From positions 73,988-137,987 of the forward strand of contig JAXGYV010000002.1 of assembly GCA_040772045.1 (NCBI GenBank): 64,000 nt of DNA. The letters run 5' to 3'. Shown piece after piece: positions 7,162 to 15,934 of this stretch. Positions within the stretch are counted from its first letter, which is position 1; the number at the start of each line of letters is the position of its first letter. Source of the DNA: Thermoleophilia bacterium (lineage in GTDB: Bacteria > Actinomycetota > Thermoleophilia > UBA2241). A model generated the notes under the pieces. The model worked only from the letters and a program-made list of their open reading frames with translations. It had not been told where the DNA came from and searched no databases. Both the position numbers and the translations under genes were made by a program.

Positions 7162-9534
7162 TCAACGGGACCTCTGGGTCGCGCAGAGCACGTCGCCATC
7201 TCCACTCACGCTGAGCGCCACCTCGCCGTCGCGGTCGGTGCGAAGGCAGGGCACGCCGAAGGCGCGCAGCTGCGCCAGCGCCTCCCCGGTGGGATGCCCG
7301 TAGCTGTTGGCCCCCACCGAGATGACGGCCAGCCGAGACGCGCAGTCAGCTAGCATGCTGTCGGTGAGGCCACCGCTGCTTCCGTGATGCGGAACCTCGA
7401 CCACGGCGAACGGTCCCTCGACGACCTCGTCGAGCGCCGTACCCTCGACGTCGCCCGGCAGCAGAACACGCTGCGCGCTGAGAGTGACCGCGACCACCAG
7501 AGCCCAGTCGTTCTCATCCTGGTTGCCGCCGCCGTGCCCACCGTGCGTAGGAAGCACCTGCAACTCGTATCCCCGGCACGTGAGGTGAAGCGGCGCGGTA
7601 CACCGCGACACGCGCGTGCCCGCGTTCTCCAGCTCCTTCTGCAGACGGTCGAGGCTCGGGTCTGCCGTTGGTGGTCGCGGCAGCAGCGCCCGATCGACCT
7701 TTAGGGAACGCAGTACATCGGTCACCCCACCGGTGTGATCGGCATGGCCATGCGAGAGAACCAGCAGATCGATGCGCGCTACGCCGTGCTTACGGAGTGA
7801 GCCAGCCAGGGGGCCCGGACCAGCATCCACGAGAACCGTGGGGGCATGAGGTGCTTGTACCAGCGCCGCCGCCCCCTCCCCGACATCTAAGATGGTGAGA
7901 GTAGGCGCTCCGGGAGCACGCCCACCGCAGGGCGCCAGCGCCAGAGACACGGCGGCTAAGGTGGCCGCGGCCAGCCCGATGAGCGGACGTCGACGCCGGG
8001 CGAAAGCGAAGCCGGCCACCCCCACGCCAGCGCGAGCCGCCAGGTGCTGCAGCACCAGGAGCATCGCGAGACCAGCCGCCGCCAGGAGGAGCGGCAGCGT
8101 AGGGCCTCGCCACTGGTACACCGCCAGCGGCAGCCGGGCACACACGTGGGCCACTTCCAGCAGAAAGGCGATGAGCAGGCCGGCCAGCACGTTCAGGACG
8201 GTGGAGAGCGGCGGCAGAACCAGGCCCACGAGCACCGACAGCATACCGAGGAGCATGACGGGACCTAGCACAAAGCCGCCGGCGACGTTGGCGACAACGC
8301 CCACCAGCGACGCCTGGCCGAAGGCCGCCAGCGACACCGGCGCGGTAGCGATGCTGGCGGCCATAGTGACCGCGGCTGGCTCCGCGACCGGCCGCGGCAT
8401 CCTCCCGAGCAGGGCCCGGAACCTGCCGCCGAGCAGGAACAGCCCGATGACGGCGGCGAAGGAGAGCTGGAACCCCGCATCGAGCAGGTTCCACGGATTG
8501 AGCGACAACAGCACCGCGGCCGGCGCCAGCACGAGGAGCAGGCGGTCGGTGGGACGAGAGACCAAGCCGGCGAGCGTGACGACCGCGCCGGCCACACCGG
8601 CGCGGACGATCGAAGGCGCGCAGCCGGTGAGCAGTACGTAGGCGGCGATTACCGGCAGCAGCAGGCACAACGTGGTGCGCCGACTGAGCCGCAGAGCGCC
8701 CAAGGCGGCCCCCACGAGCGAGCACAGCAGCACCACGTTCTCGCCGGAGACGGCCATGATGTGGAGCAGGCCAGAGCGACGGAAGTCCTCGATGGCCCGG
8801 GCATCCACGTTCTCGTCGTCGCCGAGGAGCATGCCCCGCAGTACGTCGCGCTGCGGCGACGGGAGCCCGCGCTGGAGCGTGCCGCGTGCGCGCACGCGAA
8901 GACGATCGAGGAGGCCGAGCGGGCCACCGCGAAACCCCGTTGGCTTAGCGGCCTGAGCGGACACGCTGAGCACCACGTGGATGCCGCGCCGCGCGAGGTA
9001 ACGCCCGTAGTTGAACCCGGCCGCCGGCGCTTGCGGCAGAGGCCGCAGGCGGGCATTCGCCAACCGCAGCACAGCACCCTCGGTGTAAGGCCCGCAGGGA
9101 TTGGTGAGCTCGGGCGGTACGGGACCCTGCACGGAGATCTGGAGGAGCGCCTTGCCGCGCGCGGGGCGTCCCTCCACGGCAGTTACGACCACCGGCGCGC
9201 TGACGCCTCGCGGCCCGGCTTCGGGCAGGTCGAGCAGCACCGCGTCGACCTGCCCGCCGGTTCCGATGAGCGGCCGGAGATCGCTGTGCGCCACCGCCGC
9301 GACACGTAGGCCGCCGACTGTCAGGCCGGCCACGCCCGCCACGAGGGCCAGGGCGGCGGCGCAGACTACCCGTCGCCACGAGCGCCCGGACCAACACCAG
9401 CAGACGGCGGCCAACACGCACGCGACCACCAACGGCACCGTCACACCGCACGTGCCCGGGCGCCACCCCAACGCTGAGCACAGCCCGAGGACGAACGCCC
9501 CAAGGATGATGTGGAGAGGCGCCAGGCGCTTCAT
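7162..9534 (-). CDS. comEC: DNA internalization competence protein ComEC/Rec2 with a C-terminal metallo-beta-lactamase domain
   Basis: The polytopic competence domain carries GLLHIMAVSGENV. The C-terminal MBL motif is LVLSHGHADHTGG ... VPHHGS. I set the start at ATG 9534 (MKRLAPLH), 20 nt after the comEA stop. The longer ORF start at 9912 overlaps comEA. Confidence 0.9.
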   Translation of the reverse strand: MKRLAPLHIILGAFVLGLCSALGWRPGTCGVTVPLVVACVLAAVCWCWSGRSWRRVVCAAALALVAGVAGLTVGGLRVAAVAHSDLRPLIGTGGQVDAVLLDLPEAGPRGVSAPVVVTAVEGRPARGKALLQISVQGPVPPELTNPCGPYTEGAVLRLANARLRPLPQAPAAGFNYGRYLARRGIHVVLSVSAQAAKPTGFRGGPLGLLDRLRVRARGTLQRGLPSPQRDVLRGMLLGDDENVDARAIEDFRRSGLLHIMAVSGENVVLLCSLVGAALGALRLSRRTTLCLLLPVIAAYVLLTGCAPSIVRAGVAGAVVTLAGLVSRPTDRLLLVLAPAAVLLSLNPWNLLDAGFQLSFAAVIGLFLLGGRFRALLGRMPRPVAEPAAVTMAASIATAPVSLAAFGQASLVGVVANVAGGFVLGPVMLLGMLSVLVGLVLPPLSTVLNVLAGLLIAFLLEVAHVCARLPLAVYQWRGPTLPLLLAAAGLAMLLVLQHLAARAGVGVAGFAFARRRRPLIGLAAATLAAVSLALAPCGGRAPGAPTLTILDVGEGAAALVQAPHAPTVLVDAGPGPLAGSLRKHGVARIDLLVLSHGHADHTGGVTDVLRSLKVDRALLPRPPTADPSLDRLQKELENAGTRVSRCTAPLHLTCRGYELQVLPTHGGHGGGNQDENDWALVVAVTLSAQRVLLPGDVEGTALDEVVEGPFAVVEVPHHGSSGGLTDSMLADCASRLAVISVGANSYGHPTGEALAQLRAFGVPCLRTDRDGEVALSVSGDGDVLCATQRSR

Positions 9535-9554
9535 AGGCCGCGGAGAGGAGCGCC

Positions 9555-10217
9555 CTACACCGTGACGAGCTCTCTGAGCGTCTCGAAGCGCGCGTCGCCG
9601 ATGCCAGGAACGTTCTTGAGGTCTTCGATCGAACGGAAGCCGCCGTTCCTCGTGCGGTAGTCGACGATCTTTTGAGCCGTGGCCGGACCGACCCCCGGCA
9701 GCGTGTCGAGCTGCTCCGGAGTGGCGGTGTTCAGGTTGACCGGACCGGCGGACGGAGCGCCAGCGGCCCCCGAGGAAGGAACGCCGCCGCCCACGGACTC
9801 GCCTTCGCGCGGCACGATGACCTGCTGGCCGTCTTGCAGCCGAGCCGCCGGATTTACCGCGGCGAGGTCCGCGCTCGCCGCGGGTCCGCCGGCGGCCGCC
9901 AGCAGGTCGCACACGCGAGCCCCTTGTGTCAGGTGGTACACACCGGGCCGCGCGACCGCCCCCCGAACATCCACCACGAGATCAACGGGCGAAGAGGATG
10001 CTCCGGGCTGATCCTGCGGAGCAGGTGAGACGGTCGCGGGGGAAGCGAGTGTGCTGAGCGCCACACCGTGGACGGAAGTGGACCCCTGGTGAGCGGAGAA
10101 CAGCGCGCGAGCCCCGATGGAGACCACCACGAGCCCCACCGCGACGGAGACCACGAGCTTTCTGCGGTCGTGCAGCACCATGCACCTCCAGCGAGCACCT
10201 CGACGAGAGACATGCAC
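9555..10217 (-). CDS. comEA: ComEA: SLBB domain plus tandem helix-hairpin-helix DNA-binding domain
   Basis: The C-terminus reads VNLNTATPEQLDTLPGVGPATAQKIVDYR..NGGF.S.EDL..V.GIG. An N-terminal TM helix is present. It lies immediately upstream of comEC. Confidence 0.85.
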   Translation of the reverse strand: MHVSRRGARWRCMVLHDRRKLVVSVAVGLVVVSIGARALFSAHQGSTSVHGVALSTLASPATVSPAPQDQPGASSSPVDLVVDVRGAVARPGVYHLTQGARVCDLLAAAGGPAASADLAAVNPAARLQDGQQVIVPREGESVGGGVPSSGAAGAPSAGPVNLNTATPEQLDTLPGVGPATAQKIVDYRTRNGGFRSIEDLKNVPGIGDARFETLRELVTV

Positions 10218-10294
10218 CGCCGGGGCCGGAAAGAGGAGATGCGGTACGGCCGGACTCTAGCGGAGGCCGGCTGGGGAGACATCGTCCCTAGGGG

Positions 10295-11422
10295 CTAATC
10301 TGAGGGAGTCACGATGGCCGCGGCATCGCCGTCCGTTCCGTCAGCGCGTCGGCCGAGGGAGCCGTGCAGCGCCGAGAGGGCGCCGATCAGCGCACCGGCC
10401 ACTGGCACGGCGAGAAACGCGCCGGCCACACCGGCCAGCACACTGCCGGCGGCGATGGCGAGCAGTACGATCACCGGGTGCAGATGCATGGTGCGCCCCA
10501 TCACTACTGGCATGAGGAGATTGCCACAGAGCTGATTGACCACCACTACCGCAGCCGCGACCACCAGTCCATCAACCCAGCCACCGTTGACCAGGGCGAC
10601 CAGGGCGGCCACTAAGCCTGCCACGAACGGACCCACGATGGGCAGAAAGGCGGCCAGGAACACGAGGAGCATGAGCGGCATCACGAGCGGCACGCCCATG
10701 ATGAGGAGCACGATGCCCACTCCAGTCGCCTCAACAACTCCCTCCACCACGGCGCCAACCAGGTAGCCGCCGAATGCCTCCCACACTCGCGCTCCGGCCG
10801 TCCGATAGGCCGTGACCCGTTCCGCGGGCACCAGGTTCAACGCACCGGCCCACAGACGCTGGCCGTCTTTGACGAAGAAGAACGAGATGACCACCGCGAG
10901 TACCGCCATGGCCAGGACCTCGATAGCCGTGGCCGTGCCGCCGGCGACGCCGGCGAGGAGCCCGGAGCTGCCATCCTTAACCGCCGTGATCACGGAGGAG
11001 AGCGCATCCTCGATCTGCTCCCCGGTGAGTTCCAGTGGCCCTTCGACGAGCCACTGCCGGACATCCTGCAGGCCCTGCAGCACGGCATCGTCGAGATCGC
11101 GGAACTCCCGCACGGCGGGTGGCACGATGGCGAAGCCGAGGCCTACGACCACGCCGAGAGAGAGCGCGAAGACGACCCAGGTGGCCAGCAGCGGCCGCAG
11201 GCCTCTGCGCCGCAGCCAGCCGGCGGCCGGAAGCAGCACACGCACCAGCAGCAGTGCCACCAGGACGGCGATTACGATGAGCTGGAAGCGCCACACAGCC
11301 ATGCCGAGGACGACCACGGCGGCCGCTACCACGAGCAAGCGCCACGAGTACGCGGCCGCCGAGTCCAGTGCTTGCGGGACGCGCGGCGTGACGCGTTCAC
11401 CCTTCATGGCAGACCCCTTCAC
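10295..11422 (-). CDS. AI-2E family (PerM/UPF0118) transporter
   Basis: 375 aa with about 8 TM helices and the architecture typical of the family. No motif is diagnostic, so this is a family-level call only. Confidence 0.7.
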   Translation of the reverse strand: MKGSAMKGERVTPRVPQALDSAAAYSWRLLVVAAAVVVLGMAVWRFQLIVIAVLVALLLVRVLLPAAGWLRRRGLRPLLATWVVFALSLGVVVGLGFAIVPPAVREFRDLDDAVLQGLQDVRQWLVEGPLELTGEQIEDALSSVITAVKDGSSGLLAGVAGGTATAIEVLAMAVLAVVISFFFVKDGQRLWAGALNLVPAERVTAYRTAGARVWEAFGGYLVGAVVEGVVEATGVGIVLLIMGVPLVMPLMLLVFLAAFLPIVGPFVAGLVAALVALVNGGWVDGLVVAAAVVVVNQLCGNLLMPVVMGRTMHLHPVIVLLAIAAGSVLAGVAGAFLAVPVAGALIGALSALHGSLGRRADGTDGDAAAIVTPSD

Positions 11423-11476
11423 CGCAGACCCCCCTCCGCTCGGGCGCCCGCTTACGGTGCCCTCTCGCGGGCGCCC

Positions 11477-13948
11477 TCAGCGCACCACGAAGTTCACGAG
11501 CTTGCCCGGCACGTAGACCTGTTTGACGAGCTGTTTACCCTCGAGGAAGCGCCGCGTGTTGGCGCCGGCGCGGGCCAGCGTGAGCACCTGCTCCTCGGAA
11601 GCGCCCACCGCCACCTCGAGGCGATCGCGGACCTTGCCGTTGACCTGCACCACCACGGTGACCGCCTCGTCGGCCGCCAGCGCTTCATCCCACGCCGGCC
11701 AGGCGGCGTCCAGCACCGAGCCGTCGAAGGCGAACTGGTGCCAGACCTCCGCGGCCACGTGCGGCGCCATCGGCGCTAGCAGCAGTGTGAAGTCGCGTAC
11801 CAGCGCGCGCCAGGCGTCGGAGGACAGCGCCGCCTTGGCCTCCGCCCATACCACCAACGCCTCGTTCTGCAGCTCCATGAGCGCCGAGACGGCGGTGTTG
11901 AAGCGGAAGGTCTCCATGTCCGCGGTGACCTTGCGAATGGTCTTGTGCAGAGCGCGCGTGAGGCTCCGCCCACGCGCCTCTCCCTCTCGATCGGCCAGCC
12001 ACTCGCCCGCCTCGCGCACGTCGAGCGCCAGATTCAAGTAGCGACTGAGGAAGCGGAAGCAGCCCTGCACGCCGCGGTCGCTCCAGGCCACCGACTGCTC
12101 GAACGGCGCGATGAACAGCTCGTATACCCGCAGGCTGTCCGCTCCGTACCGTTCCACCACGCTGTCGGGCGTCACCACATTGCCCTTGGACTTGCTCATC
12201 TTCTGGCCGTCCTCGGCCTGGATCATGCCCTGGTTACGCAGTGCCGCGTACGGCTCGCCAAAGCTCACGTAGCCGGCGTCCTGGGCCACCTTGCAGAAGA
12301 AGCGTGCGTACAGCAGGTGCATCACGGCATGCTCGGCGCCGCCAACGTACATGTCGACGGGCAGCCAGTACTCCACCGCGCGTGGGTCGAAGGGCCCCTC
12401 GCCGTAGCGCGGCGCGGGATAGCGGAAGTGGTACCAGCTCGAGCAGGCGAACGTATCCATGGTGTCCGTCTCGCGCCGCGCCGGGCCACCACACTTCGGG
12501 CAGGTGGTGGCAACCCAGTCGTGCGCCTTGGCCAGCGGGCTCTTGCCGTCGCCGGTGGGCTGGTAGTCGTCGATCGCCGGGAGCAGCACCGGCAGTTGTT
12601 CGAGCGGCACGGGGACGGTGCCGCACGTCTCGCAGTAGACGATAGGGATAGGAGCACCCCAGTACCGCTGGCGGCTGATCAGCCAATCGCGCAGCTTGAA
12701 GTTGATCTTGCGACGCGCCGCTCCGCGCTCGCCGAGCCAGTCGACGATGGCCGCGAAGGCCTCGTCGGGCGCTGCCAGCCCGTCGAAGCGGCCGGAGTTC
12801 ACCATGAAACCGTCGCCGGTGTACGCCTCCGTCAGCGTGCCCTGCGCCCCGGTGGGCGGCGCGATGACCTCGACGATCGGCAGCGCGAACTTGGTGGCGA
12901 AGGCGAAGTCGCGCTCGTCGTGGGCGGGAACCGCCATGATAGCGCCGGTGCCGTAGCCCATGAGCACGTAGTCGCTGATCCAGATGGGGACCGGCGCCCC
13001 GTTGACCGGGTTCTCGGCGTAGGCGCCGATGAACACGCCCGTCTTCTCCTTCTCGGTGGAGAGACGCTCGATCTCGCTCTGCCGCCGCGCCTGCGCCTGG
13101 TAGGCGCGCACCACGGCGGCCTGCTCCGGCGCCGTAAGCTCTTCCACCAGCGGATGCTCCGGCGCCAGCACCATGTAAGTGGCGCCGAAGAGCGTGTCGG
13201 GGCGGGTCGTGAAGACCGTCAGGACATCGTCACGACCCGCCAGCTTAAAGTCGACCTCGGCGCCCTCGCTGCGTCCGATCCAGTTGGTCTGCATGAGCTT
13301 GATCTTCTCGGGCCAGTCGATGGTCGCCAGGTCGTCGAGCAGCCGTTGCGCATACTCGGTGATGCGGAAGTACCACTGTTCCAGGTCGACCTTGCTGACG
13401 TCGCTGCCGCAGCGCCAGCACCGGCCCTGCTCGACCTGCTCGTTCGCCAGGATGGTCTTGCAGCTCGGGCACCACCACTGCTGCCCCGTGGCCCGATAGG
13501 CCAGTCCACGCTCGTACAGCAGCAGGAACCACCACTGCGTCCAGCGATAGTAGTCGGGGTCGATCGAGCTGATCTCGCGGCTCCAGTCGTAGGACAGGCC
13601 GATGAGGTCCATCTGCCGCTTGTAGGTCTCGATGTTACGCTGCGTGGTCTCGCGCGGATGCACGCCCATCTTGAGCGCGTAGTTCTCGGCCGGCAGGCCG
13701 AACGCGTCCCACCCCATGGGGTGCAGAACGTTGAAGCCGTTCATGCGCTTGTAGCGCGAGATGGCGTCGGTGGGCACGTAGTTGCGGCAGTGGCCAACGG
13801 AGAGGCCGTCGCCAGAGGGGTACGGGAAGAAGTCGAGGCAGTAGAACTTGGGCTTGTCCGACATGTCGGGCGTGCGATACGCGTGGTTCTCGCGCCACGC
13901 GCGCTGCCAGCGTCCCTCTATCCCCTGGGGGTCATAGCGACGATCCAT
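11477..13948 (-). CDS. leuS: Leucine--tRNA ligase
   Basis: Class I signatures are present: HCRNY (HIGH-type) and KMSKSKGN. The editing domain and zinc-site cysteines are also present. I set the start at ATG 13948 (MDRRYDPQGIEGRWQ). The upstream extension is Arg/Ser-rich and unsupported. Confidence 0.97.
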   Translation of the reverse strand: MDRRYDPQGIEGRWQRAWRENHAYRTPDMSDKPKFYCLDFFPYPSGDGLSVGHCRNYVPTDAISRYKRMNGFNVLHPMGWDAFGLPAENYALKMGVHPRETTQRNIETYKRQMDLIGLSYDWSREISSIDPDYYRWTQWWFLLLYERGLAYRATGQQWWCPSCKTILANEQVEQGRCWRCGSDVSKVDLEQWYFRITEYAQRLLDDLATIDWPEKIKLMQTNWIGRSEGAEVDFKLAGRDDVLTVFTTRPDTLFGATYMVLAPEHPLVEELTAPEQAAVVRAYQAQARRQSEIERLSTEKEKTGVFIGAYAENPVNGAPVPIWISDYVLMGYGTGAIMAVPAHDERDFAFATKFALPIVEVIAPPTGAQGTLTEAYTGDGFMVNSGRFDGLAAPDEAFAAIVDWLGERGAARRKINFKLRDWLISRQRYWGAPIPIVYCETCGTVPVPLEQLPVLLPAIDDYQPTGDGKSPLAKAHDWVATTCPKCGGPARRETDTMDTFACSSWYHFRYPAPRYGEGPFDPRAVEYWLPVDMYVGGAEHAVMHLLYARFFCKVAQDAGYVSFGEPYAALRNQGMIQAEDGQKMSKSKGNVVTPDSVVERYGADSLRVYELFIAPFEQSVAWSDRGVQGCFRFLSRYLNLALDVREAGEWLADREGEARGRSLTRALHKTIRKVTADMETFRFNTAVSALMELQNEALVVWAEAKAALSSDAWRALVRDFTLLLAPMAPHVAAEVWHQFAFDGSVLDAAWPAWDEALAADEAVTVVVQVNGKVRDRLEVAVGASEEQVLTLARAGANTRRFLEGKQLVKQVYVPGKLVNFVVR

Positions 13949-14159
13949 CCTGCTCCCTCTGCCAACTCCCGCGGACTCTAAGGCTACCGCCCGGCGCCCG
14001 GGACAACCCGCCCACGCTTGGGCGTGAGCCAGAGTACGTAGTATACGGCTCGCGCCGTCGCTCCCGCCCCCGCGAGAGCCTTCTCGGAGGGAAGCCGAGA
14101 GTTCCACGGGGGACGAACGCGGCGCGGAGAGCGAGTCGGACTCCGAGGGCAAGCGGAGC

Positions 14160-15617
14160 TCAGGGGACCAGCGGGATATACTCCGCCGTCGACCTGCCGT
14201 CCAACCCCGTGTAGCGCAGCGTGGTCACCGAGAGCACTACGGGATCCGGATCCTGAGAGAACTCGACGAGCTGAAAAGTGTAGGCCGTGTTGGGGTCACG
14301 ACCAACGCTCTCGTAGCCCGACGCGCCCCCCGTCCCAGAGCCGACCAGCGTTATCGCCCCCTCTTGCCGTACCGCCGCCACGTGATCGTGACCGTAGAAC
14401 ACCACCAGCGGCTGCTGCTCCTCCGTCCACTCCATCACCGCGCGCGCCTGGCGGATGTCGTGCACCACGAGGATCTCCGGATACTCGTCTTGTGACTGCC
14501 AGCGCTCGAGCGCGACGGCCGCGGCCGACTCCAGCAGTTCCGCGTCTGGCGAGGCCGCGGGCGAGTTGGCCAGAGGATCGGTGACACCGAAGAGGGTGAG
14601 ATTGCCGACGTCCGCCGCATCGCCATCGAGCACCCGGTAGCCGGCCGCGCGCCATCGCTCCATGGCCCCCGCGTCCTCGTGATTGCCGCCCACCACGAAC
14701 ACCGGCGTCTCACCTGGGTCGAAGAATCGCGTAAACAGGTTCGCTTCCAGGCTCGTGCCGCGGTGAGTGAGGTCGCCGACGAGCACCACTCCATCCACAG
14801 CCACCGTGGAGCTGGTCGCCAACGTCGACGCGATGCGCATGCCGACGATATTGTCGTGGATGTCGCCCACCACCAGCAGCCGCACCACTCCATTGGCACG
14901 CGGCGCGGCGGTCATATCCGCGAACTGGCTGGCCACCGATTGCAGGCCTTGCAGGTAGTCGCGGATGGTGCTCGCGCCGCTGGCGTTCTCCTCCAGCACC
15001 GTGCGCAGCAGGGTCACGGCGCGCGGGAGGTTGCTGGCGAGCCCGCGGTACGTAACGGCTGGCGACCGGTCCAGCGTGAGCAGCGTAGTGCCCACCAGGC
15101 CGCCCACCAGCACCGCCAAACCGGCGAGCCCCACGAACGCGCCGATGATGCCCCGCCGTAACCGCCGCCCCCGAGCGAACGGCGTGACGAGCAGCCCAGC
15201 GCTCACTCCGAGGAGCGCCAGCCAAGGGATACGGCTCCAGGCGAAGCTGTCGAACGCCGCCTCCGCATCCGCACGCGCCTCGGGCAGGCCGTCCAGGAGC
15301 TCGCGTGCCTCGAGCACCCCAGGGAGCGCGCCGGCGGGGTCCAGCATGAACTCCGCGCGCACATCGAGCGGTGCTCGGTGCACCTGCAGACGTACCTCTC
15401 CCGCCGGTCCTAGGGGCAGCACCACCCCACCCCCCGGCCATGCCAGGGCGAGGCGATAGCGCACCTCGCCGGCCGGCGTCTGGTATGCCGCCGAGCCGAA
15501 CAGGCCGACCGCCGCCGTGACGAGCAACGCCACGGCGAACAGGCGCGCGAGGAGCACCAGGACTTGGCTACGCCGACGACCGCCGACCAAAGATCTCACC
15601 TGGGATACTGCCGACAT
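14160..15617 (-). CDS. Membrane-anchored metallophosphoesterase (calcineurin-like)
   Basis: The N-terminal region has several TM helices. The phosphoesterase motifs GDIHDN, GDLTHRG, GGNHED and GHDH follow. Confidence 0.75.
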   Translation of the reverse strand: MSAVSQVRSLVGGRRRSQVLVLLARLFAVALLVTAAVGLFGSAAYQTPAGEVRYRLALAWPGGGVVLPLGPAGEVRLQVHRAPLDVRAEFMLDPAGALPGVLEARELLDGLPEARADAEAAFDSFAWSRIPWLALLGVSAGLLVTPFARGRRLRRGIIGAFVGLAGLAVLVGGLVGTTLLTLDRSPAVTYRGLASNLPRAVTLLRTVLEENASGASTIRDYLQGLQSVASQFADMTAAPRANGVVRLLVVGDIHDNIVGMRIASTLATSSTVAVDGVVLVGDLTHRGTSLEANLFTRFFDPGETPVFVVGGNHEDAGAMERWRAAGYRVLDGDAADVGNLTLFGVTDPLANSPAASPDAELLESAAAVALERWQSQDEYPEILVVHDIRQARAVMEWTEEQQPLVVFYGHDHVAAVRQEGAITLVGSGTGGASGYESVGRDPNTAYTFQLVEFSQDPDPVVLSVTTLRYTGLDGRSTAEYIPLVP

Positions 15618-15677
15618 CCGCGTGTTCCGCTCTCTTCATCCACGGAGCTTCAGCGCCGTGGCACACCTGCCAGCGTG

Positions 15678-15706
15678 TTGCCCGCACTCCCTTCGCTGGG
15701 TATACT
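15678..15706 (+). promoter_or_regulatory. Sigma-70-like promoter candidate for tRNA-Ala (TTGCCC - 17 nt - TATACT)
   Basis: Hexamers at 15678-15683 and 15701-15706. The predicted transcription start lies about 30 nt before the mature tRNA 5' end. Confidence 0.45.
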
Positions 15707-15744
15707 CCCTGTCTCGCCGGCGGTCGTCGCCGGTCCCCCTCGGT

Positions 15745-15820
15745 GGGGGTATAGCTCAGTTGGGAGAGCGTTTGGCTGGCAGCCAAAAGGTCACCGGTTC
15801 GAGCCCGGTTACCTCCACCA
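15745..15820 (+). tRNA. tRNA-Ala, anticodon GGC, with encoded CCA
   Basis: I folded the 76-nt cloverleaf by hand. Acceptor GGGGGTA/TACCTCC contains a G3:U70 pair, the Ala identity element. The anticodon loop is CTGGCAG and the T-loop is GGTTCGAGCCC. Confidence 0.95.
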
Positions 15821-15869
15821 TCTTCTTCCCTTTCAGGGTACCACACCGTACCGCCGTCTCCGCGAGGCC

Positions 15870-15934
15870 AGATGACCCTGTACTCTCACAGATAGATGAC
15901 CCCGCACTCTCCAGGTAGATGACTCCGCACCCTC
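15870..15934 (+). repeat. Three imperfect tandem 18-nt repeat cores, period 24 and 23 nt
   Basis: AGATGACCCTGTACTCTC (15870-15887), AGATGACCCCGCACTCTC (15894-15911) and AGATGACTCCGCACCCTC (15917-15934). The third unit contains the ATG of the next CDS. Confidence 0.85.

Noticed and set aside
7359-7366. TGTCGGTG, the upstream half of the mycobacterial PafBC (RecA-NDp) promoter motif. Reverse-complement copies lie near 4200 and 8234.
   Set aside because: All copies lie inside coding sequence (comEC or holA), on the wrong strand or without a TAnnnT -10 element 8 nt downstream. None sits upstream of pcrA, the alkD-like gene or the regulator itself.
9535-9912. N-terminal extensions of the longest ORFs for comEC, and similarly for leuS (13949-14152), murC (29845-30042), mraY (34696-34839), murF (36074-36457), the giant activase protein (21815-22072), the crotonase (45530-45733), the AIM24-like gene (43731-43868) and the decarboxylase (55122-55364).
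   Set aside because: The extensions overlap the preceding gene or the divergent promoter region and are Arg-rich with low complexity. Internal starts give canonical N-termini, often with a Shine-Dalgarno sequence or a 4-nt stop/start overlap.
13949-14159. Possible T-box or other riboswitch in the 211-nt leuS upstream region.
   Set aside because: I could not find the conserved T-box sequence (..GGGUGGNACCNCG..) or a specifier-loop arrangement. Only short generic GC hairpins and a TATACT box are present. I cannot exclude a novel leader without covariance analysis.
15821-15934. Integrated mobile element or attachment site at the tRNA-Ala 3' flank.
   Set aside because: There is no integrase, excisionase or phage/ICE gene nearby, and no copy of the tRNA 3' end elsewhere in the window. 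The repeats are tandem and local, so I report them as a repeat/uORF feature instead.
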